Shown here: piece by piece, positions 9,498 to 18,364 of the stretch
How positions within the stretch are numbered: the stretch's first letter is position 1
Layout of the letters: each line of letters starts with the position of its first letter
Origin: Candidatus Methylomirabilota bacterium
GTDB lineage: Bacteria; Methylomirabilota; Methylomirabilia; Rokubacteriales; CSP1-6
Assembly: GCA_046726415.1 (NCBI GenBank)
Contig: JBKPAK010000291.1
Coordinates: 1-23,870, forward strand
Length of the DNA: 23,870 nt
Direction of reading: 5' to 3'
The notes under the pieces: generated by a model
What the model was told of the DNA's origin: nothing
The model's input: only the letters and a program-made list of their open reading frames with translations
Database searches by the model: none
Program-made: the position numbers and the translations under genes

Positions 9498-10244
9498 TCA
9501 GTGCTCTCGCAAGAGCGATCCGAAGCCTTGCTGCTGGTCCGTGATGCCGCTGGCCCGCAGCGCGTGCCAGAGCGTGGCGGCGTTGATGGCCAGCACTGGC
9601 TTGCCGAGCCAGCCCTCCGCCTCGTCGGCGAGGCGGACCATCGAGAGGTTCGTCCCCACCTGAACGATGGCCTCGACGTCGGGACCGTTCAGCTCCTCAC
9701 CGAGGATCTTGCGGAGGGGCGCCTCGGTGACTTCGGCGATCGAGGTGGCCGTCGGGCAGCGGAGGCCCTTGAACCGAACGACCTCGAAGCCCGCCTCCTG
9801 GAAGAACCCGGTCACCTGCTTGTCGGCGATAGCCTGGTACGGGCTGAGCACGGCGATCCGCGTGACGCCGTAGCGCTCCAGGGCGGCCCGGCACGCCGAC
9901 GCCCCCGTCGAGACGTTCAGCCCGGATTGGGCGCGAACGCGCTCGATGAACGCCGTGTTGCCCGCCACGCCATCCCAGAAGGTCTCCGACGACATTCCCA
10001 TGATCATGTAGTCGGGCTTGCAGGTCATGACATCGCGGATGGCGACCCCGATGGAGCCTCTGATCTGTTCGAGGATCGCCTGGAAGGTCGCGTCCGAGTC
10101 CATCACCGGTTGCCCGATATACATGCGCCCCGCATGGAAGGTGACGCCGTGGGGAGCCATCTGGTTGTAGTCCGCCTCGACGACCGTGTTCGTGGACGGC
10201 ACGATGACGCCGAACTTCATCCGGTATCCGACCGCATCAGGCAT
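9498..10244 (-). CDS. Maleate isomerase / arylmalonate decarboxylase-like protein (Asp/Glu racemase superfamily)
   Basis: SD GAAGGGAG before ATG 10244; GVIVPSTNTVVE, RIAVLSPY, LGKPVLAINAATLWHALR. Confidence 0.85.
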   Translation of the reverse strand: MPDAVGYRMKFGVIVPSTNTVVEADYNQMAPHGVTFHAGRMYIGQPVMDSDATFQAILEQIRGSIGVAIRDVMTCKPDYMIMGMSSETFWDGVAGNTAFIERVRAQSGLNVSTGASACRAALERYGVTRIAVLSPYQAIADKQVTGFFQEAGFEVVRFKGLRCPTATSIAEVTEAPLRKILGEELNGPDVEAIVQVGTNLSMVRLADEAEGWLGKPVLAINAATLWHALRASGITDQQQGFGSLLREH

Positions 10245-10384
10245 GAGCCGGCTCCCTTCAGACCATCCTGGCGATCTTAGCTCGCCTGCCGAGCCAGTCC
10301 ACTGACTGCTGGTTGCGGCAATCGGGTACCATCGGTGCAGCCGCACGCCGGCGGCAGATCGTCACCCCACACGAGGGGCCCGCA

Positions 10385-10667
10385 ATGAGCGAACCGCTCG
10401 CGCTCGCCAAGACCGGATCCGAGGTGCTGTGCCTGCTGCCCGGGCTCGCGAACCGCCACGGCCTCGTGGCCGGCGCCACCGGCACCGGCAAGACCGTCAC
10501 GCTGCAGGTGCTCGCCGAGAGGTGCTCGCGCATCGGCGTGCCGGTGTTCATGGCCGACGCAAGGGCGACTTCTCCGGAATCTCCGCGGCGGGCAGCCTCT
10601 CCCGAAGATGAAAGATCGGCTCGAGACACTGGAGCTCGACGAGCCGACGTGGGAAGGCTGTCCGGTC
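10385..10667 (+). pseudogene. N-terminal fragment of HerA-like ATPase YjgR/DUF853, two frameshifts
   Basis: [24 protein letters not shown]...VPVFMAD / KGDFSGIS / [21 protein letters not shown] in three frames, then similarity stops. Confidence 0.85.
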
Positions 10668-10762
10668 GGGCTGGTGGCGATCCCCCAGGCGGTCGTCGCC
10701 GCCCATCGTGTTCTTCATCCTGGCCCGATGCACTACATCTTCGAGGGGAAGGAGCCCGGGAG

Positions 10763-11190
10763 GCCGCCTTCTTGCACGCCGTCATCCACGCGCGCGCAGA
10801 GACTTCATCGGTCTGCCGTACCGATGAAGACGTGAGCGATGATCCGCACCTGGGCTCGCTCGCACCGGCGCGTGATGGCCTGCCGGCGCTCGAGGAGCGC
10901 GCGCATTTCGGGAATGAGCGGAAGCGCGTTCCTCGTTGTTCTTGGTGGTGCCGGGCTCCAGGCGAACGAAGCCGCCGGCGAAGTCGACCTGGGCCCACCT
11001 CAGCGGGAGCACCTCGGAGCGGCTCCGCCATCCCGGGTAGAACATGAAATCGCACCGCGTCCGACAGGTCGGGCGAGAGGTGACGGCAGATCGTCTCGAC
11101 CTTCATGCCGTGGGCAAAGCCCTGGCGCGCGTTGTTTCTCGGACAAGAGCTTGATGCGTGGCATCGAGACGGTCATGTCGTTGTTGAGAC
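10763..11190 (-). pseudogene. Internal fragment of a phage-type tyrosine recombinase, frameshifted
   Basis: PRIKLLSE/NNARQGF...[26 protein letters not shown]...[18 protein letters not shown] over several frames; lacks HxxR and catalytic Tyr. Confidence 0.8.
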
Positions 11191-12637
11191 CAAGGCTCTC
11201 ACTGCAGCTCACGGACGACGACACCAAGGATCGACCGACGCCCGCCGAGACCTTCGTCGCCCACGTCTACGACTACAGGAATAACCGGACGCTCCGAGTG
11301 TGCGGGGCCCTCGATCGGCCCGATCACGCGAGCGTCGTCGACACCGCAGCGCAGCCGCTCCCGAGCGACGAGGAGTTCGAGGCCGCCGTCGAGATGCTCG
11401 CGAACCAGTCGGAGTACGGGGCGGCCATACGGGCCGGCGACCTCCTGCCCTATCGGCCGATGCCGCCCCTGGTGCAGACCGAGACACCGGACGGACGCGT
11501 CGAGCGGACGGTCGCCGTGGACTCGTCTCGCCCGCGCCTCGCGGGCTGCACCGCTTCGTCGGCGTCAACATGATCCGGCGGGAGGTCATCCATCGGTTCG
11601 AGGGCGCCGCGCACGAGTCCCACGACGAGTGCGGGCCCCCGCCGGCGTCGGGCTGCCACTTCAGCGGGCGCAGCGGCCGCGTTCACGTGATCGTCTCGCA
11701 GGGAGGCACGACGCTCTGGACATTCGACGCCATTCGGCCAGCCGCCTCGTCGGGCACGAATGGCTCGGGCATCGAGCTGCGCAGCGTGCGCTACCGCGGT
11801 AAGCAGGTGCTCTACCAGGCGCATGTGCCAATCCTAAACGTGGAGTATTTCCAGGACGGCATCGGCGCTGGCTGCGGTCCCACCTACCGCGACTGGCAGA
11901 ACTCGGAGACCTGTTTCCAGGCCAACGGCTCGGACGTCATACCGGGATTCCGGCTCTGTCCCGCTCCGGCGCAGACCATCATCGAGAGCGGCAGCGACGG
12001 GGGCAACTTCCGGGGCGTCGCCATCTTCGTGCAGGGGCAGGAGGCGGTGCTCGTGAGTGAGCTGCAGGCCGGCTGGTATCGCTACATCAGCCAGTGGCGC
12101 TTCCACGCCAACGGGACGATCCGCCCGCGCTTCGGCTTCTCGGCGGCCAACAATCCCTGCACCTGCAAGGATCACCACCATCACGTCTACTGGCGCCTCG
12201 ACTTCGACATCCGCACCGCCGGGAACAACGTCATCGAGGAGTACAACAATCCGCCGCTCGTGGGCGGGTCGAACTGGCATACGAAGCGGTACGAGATCCG
12301 TCGGCCGCGCGATGCGTCGCGCAACCGCCACTGGCGCGTGCGGAACCTGTCTACGGACGAGGGATACCTGCTAATGCCTGGAGCCAACGATGGCACGCGT
12401 GACGCCTACGGCGTCGGGGACGCTTGGATCGTGCGCTACCGCGGGTCGTCGGAGTACGACGACGGCCAGGGGTTCACGACCGACCCGGCGCTCTCACGCG
12501 CCAACATCGACCGTTTCGTCAACGGCGAAGTCGTCGAGGATCGCGACGTCGTCATGTGGTACGCGGCTCACTTCCGACACAGCCCGGGCCACGGCGGTGC
12601 CTACGTTGGCCCCGACCTGAAGCCGGTCAACTGGTGA
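11191..12637 (+). pseudogene. Copper amine oxidase-like protein, 5'-truncated, one frameshift at ~11520
   Basis: VYDYRNNRTL...QPLPSDEEFEAAVEML then shift to GLVSP...; GWYRY, HHHHVYWRLDFDI and DVVMWYAAHFRH align with CuAO NYDY, HxH..RLDxDI and DxVxW..HH motifs. Confidence 0.7.
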
Positions 12638-12956
12638 GCCGAGGCGCACGAGCGGGCGGGCCGGCTTCGCGCGCTCGACGAGGAGGCTCTCTTTCGCCCG
12701 CCAGGCGGGAACCCGCTCGGCGTCGCACGCGACCCAGGTCTTGTGGGAACCTGCCCTTCGAACGTCGGCGGCGCCCGGCGCATGTCGACGGCCACGCGGG
12801 CGCGAAACCGAGACGCGAGGGCTCGAAGTCCGCACCGCCGGACCGCTTCGACTCGCATTCCCGGCGGGATCTTGGCGAGCCCCCACCGTGAGATCGCCAA
12901 CTATCCGGCATCAGATCCTGCACCACGTGCCCCACGCCGTCAGTGTGACGATTCAG

Positions 12957-13347
12957 CACTCGAGCGGCTGACGTGCAGCCCATGGACCTCCTGCAGTTTC
13001 TCCGTCCGGTGCACATCGTTGAGCGCCTCGTAGCGCGTGCTCATGAGGTGCACGATCTGCGCGCGGACGGTCGGGGCCAAGCGCTGAGGCGATGGCTGCC
13101 CCCCGGCTGCGGTGCACCAGGGCCGCCCCCTGCCCGTCGCAAAGCGGCGCTTCAGCCGCTGTACATGGCGAATCGTCAGGCCCAGAGCTTCGGCCGCCTG
13201 CCGATTGGTGATGAGCCCCGCATTCAGCGATCGCAGAATCCCGGGCCGTGGGGGGCTTCCTTCCCGCTCATGGTGATCGTGATCTCCATGGGGGCATCAC
13301 ATTTTCACTGACGAACTACCCCATGACATTTCTACGGATCACCAGCA
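12957..13347 (-). mobile_element. Left end and frameshifted 5' transposase part of an ISNCY/IS1202-like insertion sequence
   Basis: ATG 13289; HTH ITNRQAAEALGLTIRHVQRLKRRF, ALVHRSRG, YEALNDVHRTEKLQEVHGLHVSR; two related end boxes TCACATTTTCACTGA (13297) and TGACATTTCTACGGA (13324). Confidence 0.75.
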
Positions 13348-13360
13348 CGAGATAAGCTCG

Positions 13361-13393
13361 CCGTTGACAGCCAACGGAAGCGGCGTGTACCGT
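13361..13393 (+). promoter_or_regulatory. Putative promoter of the copper operon with an overlapping palindrome
   Basis: TTGACA 13364-13369, 18 bp, TACCGT 13388-13393, 8 nt before ATG 13402; CCGTTG-N5-CAACGG at 13361-13377. Confidence 0.55.
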
Positions 13394-13401
13394 TCCGGTC
13401 G

Positions 13402-13785
13402 ATGATCGTCGGGCGTCTCCCCGCTGTGGGCCTGCTTGCGGTGGCCTTCTTCGTGGCGTTTACCCACGTCTGTGTATGGCCGACGCACGCCCATGCCGGC
13501 GCGAGCCACCGTCACGATGTTGCGGCGACGCCGGATGCTGCGGCGACGCCGGACGGACATGATGAGTCGCCCCACCACCCCGACGGCGACGCCGTGCACG
13601 TCGCGTCATGCGACGCCGTCGGTACAGCCGCTGTCTCGCTGCATCACGGACCGCCTGTTTCTGCTGTCGGCGTGTTCGGTGCCCCGCTGGTGACCGAACT
13701 ACGCGGCGCAGCCAGGGCCCCGGAGGTGCGCCCCCCGGGCGCATCGCCACCGCTCTTCCTGCTGCACGCTGCCCTCCTGATCTAG
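13402..13785 (+). CDS. His-rich exported leader protein with Pro-rich C-terminus (CutF/DUF2946-like architecture)
   Basis: Hydrophobic N-terminus; HVC..HAH..HRH..HH..HVASC; tail RAPEVRPPGASPPLFLLHAALLI; first gene of the operon. Confidence 0.75.
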   Translation: MIVGRLPAVGLLAVAFFVAFTHVCVWPTHAHAGASHRHDVAATPDAAATPDGHDESPHHPDGDAVHVASCDAVGTAAVSLHHGPPVSAVGVFGAPLVTELRGAARAPEVRPPGASPPLFLLHAALLI

Positions 13786-13916
13786 TTCGCGCCTTCCCGT
13801 TCCGTGCGTCGCGATTCGGCGCACGACATTCTCCCGACACGAGGCCCTGCCCGGGGCGCCGCGCGGCGACCCCAGGGCATACACGACAACAGGAACACCG
13901 GGAGGCGTGTGTGAAC
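13785..13916 (+). promoter_or_regulatory. Predicted mRNA structure sequestering SD and GTG of the TolC gene
   Basis: GTTCGC (13785-13790) can pair with GTGAAC (13911-13916); GCCTTCCCG (13791-13799) with CGGGAGGC (13899-13906, one bulge); two hairpins inside the loop. Confidence 0.55.
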
Positions 13917-15275
13917 GCTCGTCATCGTCCGGCTCGTGTGATCATCGGCGCAGGGGTGGCAGTTATGCTGGAACTGGGCGCAATCCAGGCCGCGACCGCT
14001 CAGTCGCCGCCATCCCAACCGGCCGTGAAGTACCTGCGCCTGGAGGAACTGGAGCGTCTGGCACTCGCCAACAACCCGACGGTGGCCCAGGCCGACACCA
14101 TCGTCCGGGCCGTGCTCGGCCGCAAGCGGCAGGCGTCCTTCTACCCAAACCCCATCGTGGGCTTCCAGGCGGAGGACATCAAGGCGCGCGCGCCGAGCCA
14201 GTCGAAGTACTTCCTGTGGGCCCAGCAGACCATCGTGACCGGCGACAAGCGGAAGCTGCTGCAGGCGGCGGTGGCCCAGGAGCAGATCCACGCCGAGACC
14301 GAGAAGACGATGCAGCGCCAGGCGGTCTTGAACGCGGTCAAGCTGCTGTACTACGAGGCGCTGGGCGCCTGGCGAACGGTAGAGGTGCGGCGCGATCTCG
14401 CCCGTATCGCCCGCGAGGCGGTGGAGATCTCCGAGCAGCTCTACAACATCGGCCAGGCCGACCGTCCCGATGTCCTCGAGGTCCAGGTGGAGGCGGAGCG
14501 CGCGGAGGTGGAGCTGAGTCGGGCCGAGAACGAGCTGGCGCGGGTGTGGCAAGGGTTGGCCGCGGTCGTGGGCCAGCCGGACCTTCCCCTGACCCCGCTG
14601 GCCGGCGATCTGGAGGCCGAGCTGCCCATGCTCGATGAGGCGGTCGCGCGCACCCACATTTTGAAGGAGAGCCCCGAGCTGCGGATCGCCCGGACGCGGA
14701 TCAGCCACTCGGAGGCGGTGCTGGCGCGGAGCCGGGCCGACCGCATCCCGAACTTCTTCATTCGCGGCGGGGCCGGGTACAACTTTGAGACCTTCGGCAA
14801 CGGCAAGGACGTGGGGCCGGAGTTCTTCTTCGAATTCGGAATTCCGCTGCCCATCTTCGATTCCAATGCAGGCAACATCGCTCAGGCCGAGGCGCAGCTC
14901 CGGCTCGCCCGAGAAGAAGCGCGCCGGGTGGAGCTATCGCTGTTCGATCGCTTGGGCGGGGTCGTGAAGAATTACCGGGACGCGCAGCTGACGGTGGAGC
15001 GCTACCAGCAGCGCATCCTCGGCCAGGCCCAGGAGAGCTACGACCTCTACCTGCGGCGCTTCCGGGAGATGGCCGCGGCGTACCCCCAGGTGCTGATCGC
15101 CCAGCGCACGCTGGGCCAGGTCCGCGCGGAGTACGTGCGCGCCCTGGTCGAGCTGTGGCAGGCGGCCGTGCTGCTGCAGGGGCAACTCGTGCGCGGAGCG
15201 CTCGAGGCACCGGCGGCGATTCCGGGGGAGCCCCCCATCACCATCGAGGCCGTGCCGTTCACGGTGACTCCGTGA
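13911..15275 (+). CDS. TolC-family outer-membrane protein (heavy-metal type)
   Basis: SD GGAGG before GTG 13911; signal peptide; ALANNPT, YPNP, IPLPIFDSNAGNIAQAEAQL, YPQVLIAQRTL. Confidence 0.9.
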   Translation: MNARHRPARVIIGAGVAVMLELGAIQAATAQSPPSQPAVKYLRLEELERLALANNPTVAQADTIVRAVLGRKRQASFYPNPIVGFQAEDIKARAPSQSKYFLWAQQTIVTGDKRKLLQAAVAQEQIHAETEKTMQRQAVLNAVKLLYYEALGAWRTVEVRRDLARIAREAVEISEQLYNIGQADRPDVLEVQVEAERAEVELSRAENELARVWQGLAAVVGQPDLPLTPLAGDLEAELPMLDEAVARTHILKESPELRIARTRISHSEAVLARSRADRIPNFFIRGGAGYNFETFGNGKDVGPEFFFEFGIPLPIFDSNAGNIAQAEAQLRLAREEARRVELSLFDRLGGVVKNYRDAQLTVERYQQRILGQAQESYDLYLRRFREMAAAYPQVLIAQRTLGQVRAEYVRALVELWQAAVLLQGQLVRGALEAPAAIPGEPPITIEAVPFTVTP

Positions 15276-15300
15276 CACAGGCATGCGCAAGGAGCGTTAC

Positions 15301-16761
15301 ATGCAGAGCTTGAGAAACACCTTTCGCCGGCGCGCCTTCCTTCAGGGAGGAGTGGGCATCCTCGCGAGCGCGCTCGGGGTGACTCGGACGGCCCTGGCGG
15401 CTGACCCGCCCACCTGTGCCTCGCGTGCCGGAGTCGCCAATGCCAGCGGCTTCCTCCCGGTCGTGGCTCCCGATCTCGGCAAGCTTCCTTTCGAGTGGGA
15501 CCACGGGGTCAAGGTCTTTCGCCTCGTCGCGGAGCCGCTGAAGCAGGAGGTGTTGCCCGGCAAGGTCTTCGACCTCTGGGGCTACAACGGAAGCGCCCCC
15601 GGCCCGACGATCGAGGTCGTGGAGGGTGATCGCGTCCGCATCCTCTTCGAGAACCGGCTCCCCGAGGGGACCACCGTGCACTGGCACGGCCTCGAGGTGC
15701 CGATCGAGATGGACGGCGTGCCAGCCATTAGCCAACCGGAGGTGGAGCCCGGCGGGCGCTTCACCTACGAGTTCACTCTGAGGCAGCACGGCACGTTCTT
15801 CTACCACTCGCATGGCGCCATGCAGGAGATGATCGGGCTGCTCGGGCTCTTCATCATCCATCCGCGCACGCCTTACCGGCCGGCCGTCCAGAAGGACTTC
15901 GCCATCGTGCTACAGGAGTACGCTGTGCTGCCGAACAACACCATCCCCAACACGCTGTCCATGGAGTTCAACTGGCTGACCTTCAACGGGAAGGCGGCGC
16001 CCGCCACCACGCCGATGCTGGTGAAGCTCGGGGAGCGCGTGCGACTGCGCATCGTGAACATCGGCATGGATCACCACCCCATTCATCTGCATGGCATGCA
16101 GTTCGAGGTGACGGGCACGGAAGGCGGGCGCATTCCCGAGGCGCTCTGGTATCCGCAGAACACCGTGCTGGTGGGGGTGGCGCAGGCGCGGGTCGTCGAG
16201 TTCGACGCCGTCTACCCCGGGGACTGGATGCTCCACTGCCACCTGCCGCACCACATGATGAACCAGATGGTCTCGATGGTCGGGCCCATCGCCCACGCAG
16301 GTCACGGGGTGCGCACGGGGGGCGGGATGGAGGAGGGCATGGGGATGATCCGCCAGGGCAACGCCCTTTCCGAGGACCTCGGGCCCAAGTTCGGCCGCGG
16401 GATGGGCATGGCCGAGGAGGAACGACGCGTCTCGAACATCGCGCGGCCGATGGCGCTGCAGAACGGCCGCGGAGGGCACGCCGGACATGGGGGACATGGG
16501 ACGCCGGCTGGCGCAGGCGGCCAGACCCGCGTCCCCGGGTTCCCGCAAGACATGTTCATGCCCATGGACGACGAGGTGGCGAAGCCCGAGACGTACGGGC
16601 TCGCCAAGAACTGGACGGGCGCCACGCAAGGCATGATGGCCTTGGTGCGCGTCCTGCCGCCCGATCGCTACGAGGAGATCATGCGACGGGTGGCGGAGGC
16701 GAAGAGCGCCCCGCCGAAGCCGAAGCCAGCGGCCCCGCCAGCACGGGGGCACCAGCATTGA
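15301..16761 (+). CDS. Two-domain multicopper oxidase with Met/His-rich C-terminal extension
   Basis: SD AAGGAG before ATG 15301; Tat RRRAFL; HWHG, YHSH, HPIHLHG, HCHLPHHMMNQM (T1 ligands in domain 2). Confidence 0.92.
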   Translation: MQSLRNTFRRRAFLQGGVGILASALGVTRTALAADPPTCASRAGVANASGFLPVVAPDLGKLPFEWDHGVKVFRLVAEPLKQEVLPGKVFDLWGYNGSAPGPTIEVVEGDRVRILFENRLPEGTTVHWHGLEVPIEMDGVPAISQPEVEPGGRFTYEFTLRQHGTFFYHSHGAMQEMIGLLGLFIIHPRTPYRPAVQKDFAIVLQEYAVLPNNTIPNTLSMEFNWLTFNGKAAPATTPMLVKLGERVRLRIVNIGMDHHPIHLHGMQFEVTGTEGGRIPEALWYPQNTVLVGVAQARVVEFDAVYPGDWMLHCHLPHHMMNQMVSMVGPIAHAGHGVRTGGGMEEGMGMIRQGNALSEDLGPKFGRGMGMAEEERRVSNIARPMALQNGRGGHAGHGGHGTPAGAGGQTRVPGFPQDMFMPMDDEVAKPETYGLAKNWTGATQGMMALVRVLPPDRYEEIMRRVAEAKSAPPKPKPAAPPARGHQH

Positions 16762-17435
16762 GCCGCCCGGCCGCGGTGCACGCGATCGCGATGACCGTCC
16801 TCCTGCTCGCCGCCTGGCCCGTTGCACAGGTGGCGCGCGGTGACGACCGGAAGGAGCACGACCACAAGGATCACGATCACAAAGACGAACCACAGGCCGG
16901 CACCGGGCATATCCATGCCACCGTCCCGCCCGAGTACCGCAGCGCGCACGTCCCGTCCGCGGCGTGGACCGATCCCCGCATGATCGCGCGTGGGCGCGAG
17001 ATCTACGTGACTCGTTGTGCGGTATGCCATGGCGAGGAGGGCCGCGGCGACGGTCCCGCCGCGACGACGCTGCCCGTCAAGCCCCCTGATCTGCGCGATC
17101 CGGGGATGGTCGGGGAGATGGCGGGCAATTACTGGTTCTGGAGAGTCAGCGAAGGAGGGCTCATCGAGCCATTTCGATCACAAGGCTCCATCATGCCGGC
17201 CTGGAAGGACGAGCTATCGGTAGAGGACCGCTGGGCGGTGATCGCCTACCAGCATACGTTCTCGGGTCATCGAGGGCCGCACGTCACCTCCGAACACCCT
17301 CAAATGGTCAGCCCGGCGCACGCATCATATGGGGCACCGGCCCCGCCCGCTGGCGCCGCTCCAGCCGGCGCACCGCCGGCGACGGGGGCACCTGCCGTTG
17401 GCACACCTGCCCCGGGTGGAGCTCACAAGCACTGA
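16758..17435 (+). CDS. Periplasmic cytochrome c with His-rich N-terminus
   Basis: TTG overlaps MCO stop; signal peptide; EHDHKDHDHKD; CAVCH; GDGP, MPAWK. Confidence 0.85.
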   Translation: MSRPAAVHAIAMTVLLLAAWPVAQVARGDDRKEHDHKDHDHKDEPQAGTGHIHATVPPEYRSAHVPSAAWTDPRMIARGREIYVTRCAVCHGEEGRGDGPAATTLPVKPPDLRDPGMVGEMAGNYWFWRVSEGGLIEPFRSQGSIMPAWKDELSVEDRWAVIAYQHTFSGHRGPHVTSEHPQMVSPAHASYGAPAPPAGAAPAGAPPATGAPAVGTPAPGGAHKH

Positions 17436-17448
17436 ACAGGAGAGACTC

Positions 17449-17826
17449 ATGCGTACTCGCGGAAGGCTGATGCGCGCGCTCGCTCCGACGACCTACCTGC
17501 TCGCTATCATCCTGCTCGTCATGACTGCCGCCAAAGTCCGCGCTGACGAGGTGCCAATTGCCGGCGTGGTGAAGTCCGTCGACGTGGGGACGCAGACGTT
17601 CATCGTCGAGGCCACGGCGAAAGGGACGACCCGCCAGGTGACGATCCACGTGAGGCCAACCTCGCGCGTGGTTCGGTTCGTGCGCTCCGATCAGGGGCGG
17701 GGCGGATTCGTCGAACAGGCGGCCACCTTGACGGATCTCAAGCCCGGCTGGATGGTGAACGTCACCACGGCCCACGAGGGAGAACGCGAGGTGGCGCAGG
17801 TGGTTCGCATCGTCCTCGAGCGCTGA
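17449..17826 (+). CDS. Small exported protein, probable OB-fold-like beta barrel
   Basis: SD AGGAGAG; signal peptide; GVVKSVD...TLTDLKPGWMVNV pattern. Confidence 0.75.
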   Translation: MRTRGRLMRALAPTTYLLAIILLVMTAAKVRADEVPIAGVVKSVDVGTQTFIVEATAKGTTRQVTIHVRPTSRVVRFVRSDQGRGGFVEQAATLTDLKPGWMVNVTTAHEGEREVAQVVRIVLER

Positions 17827-17874
17827 GATCTTCTGGCGTGCGCGGGAGTGACGCGACGCGGAGATAGACGATTT

Positions 17875-18217
17875 GGTGCCATGGCGAGGCGACGCGTGAA
17901 TGAAGCGCCGGCGCTCGCGCAGGCCCAGGTGGGCATCGCCATGGGGACGGGCACCGACGTGGCCATGCAGAGTGCCGGTATCACGCTGGTCATGGGCGAC
18001 CTGCGAGGGATCGCGCAGGCCCGCCTCCTGAGCCAGCCCACCATGCGGAACATCCGCGAGAACCTCTTCTTCGCCTTCATCTACGACGCGCTTGGGGTGC
18101 CCATCGCGGCGAGGTGCTCTATCCGGTGTTCGGGCTGCTGTTGAGCCCAATCATCGCCAGCGCGGCATGAGCCTGAGCTCGGTGTCGGTCATCGGCAACA
18201 CACTGCGACTGCGGCGC
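17875..18217 (+). pseudogene. copA: C-terminal remnant of a Cu(I) P1B-type ATPase
   Basis: [33 protein letters not shown] [29 protein letters not shown]; frameshifts, ND>NE and YN>YD changes. Confidence 0.88.
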
Positions 18218-18326
18218 CACCGACCAGATTCGGAGGGCAGCCGGCCTTGGCGCATGAACCGAGGCCGGGGACGTTCGCGTGTTCGGCGTGTGGTCGCGAG
18301 CTGAGATTGGCCAGCTCGTTTCGCTC

Positions 18327-18358
18327 TTGACCTTTCCCCTTAGGGCAGGCCCTATCTT
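18327..18358 (+). promoter_or_regulatory. MerR-type long-spacer promoter with imperfect dyad
   Basis: TTGACC-20 bp-TATCTT; ACCTTTCCC..GGGCAGG resembles the CueR-type box; ATG follows 6 nt later. Confidence 0.75.
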
Positions 18359-18364
18359 TCCCCC

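Noticed and set aside
13347..13375. dif/xrs site next to the IS1202-like end
   Set aside because: No match to the XerD-arm consensus TTATGTTAAAT.
13516..13557. 18-bp tandem repeat (DVAATP DAAATP)
   Set aside because: Two copies in a low-complexity linker; not an array.
4843..16893. Long alternative-frame and antisense ORFs (e.g. 4843-6027, 6602-7639, 7809-8846, 9492-10280, 13782-14708, 15910-16893)
   Set aside because: Arg/Gly/Pro-rich shadows of real high-GC genes, without motifs.
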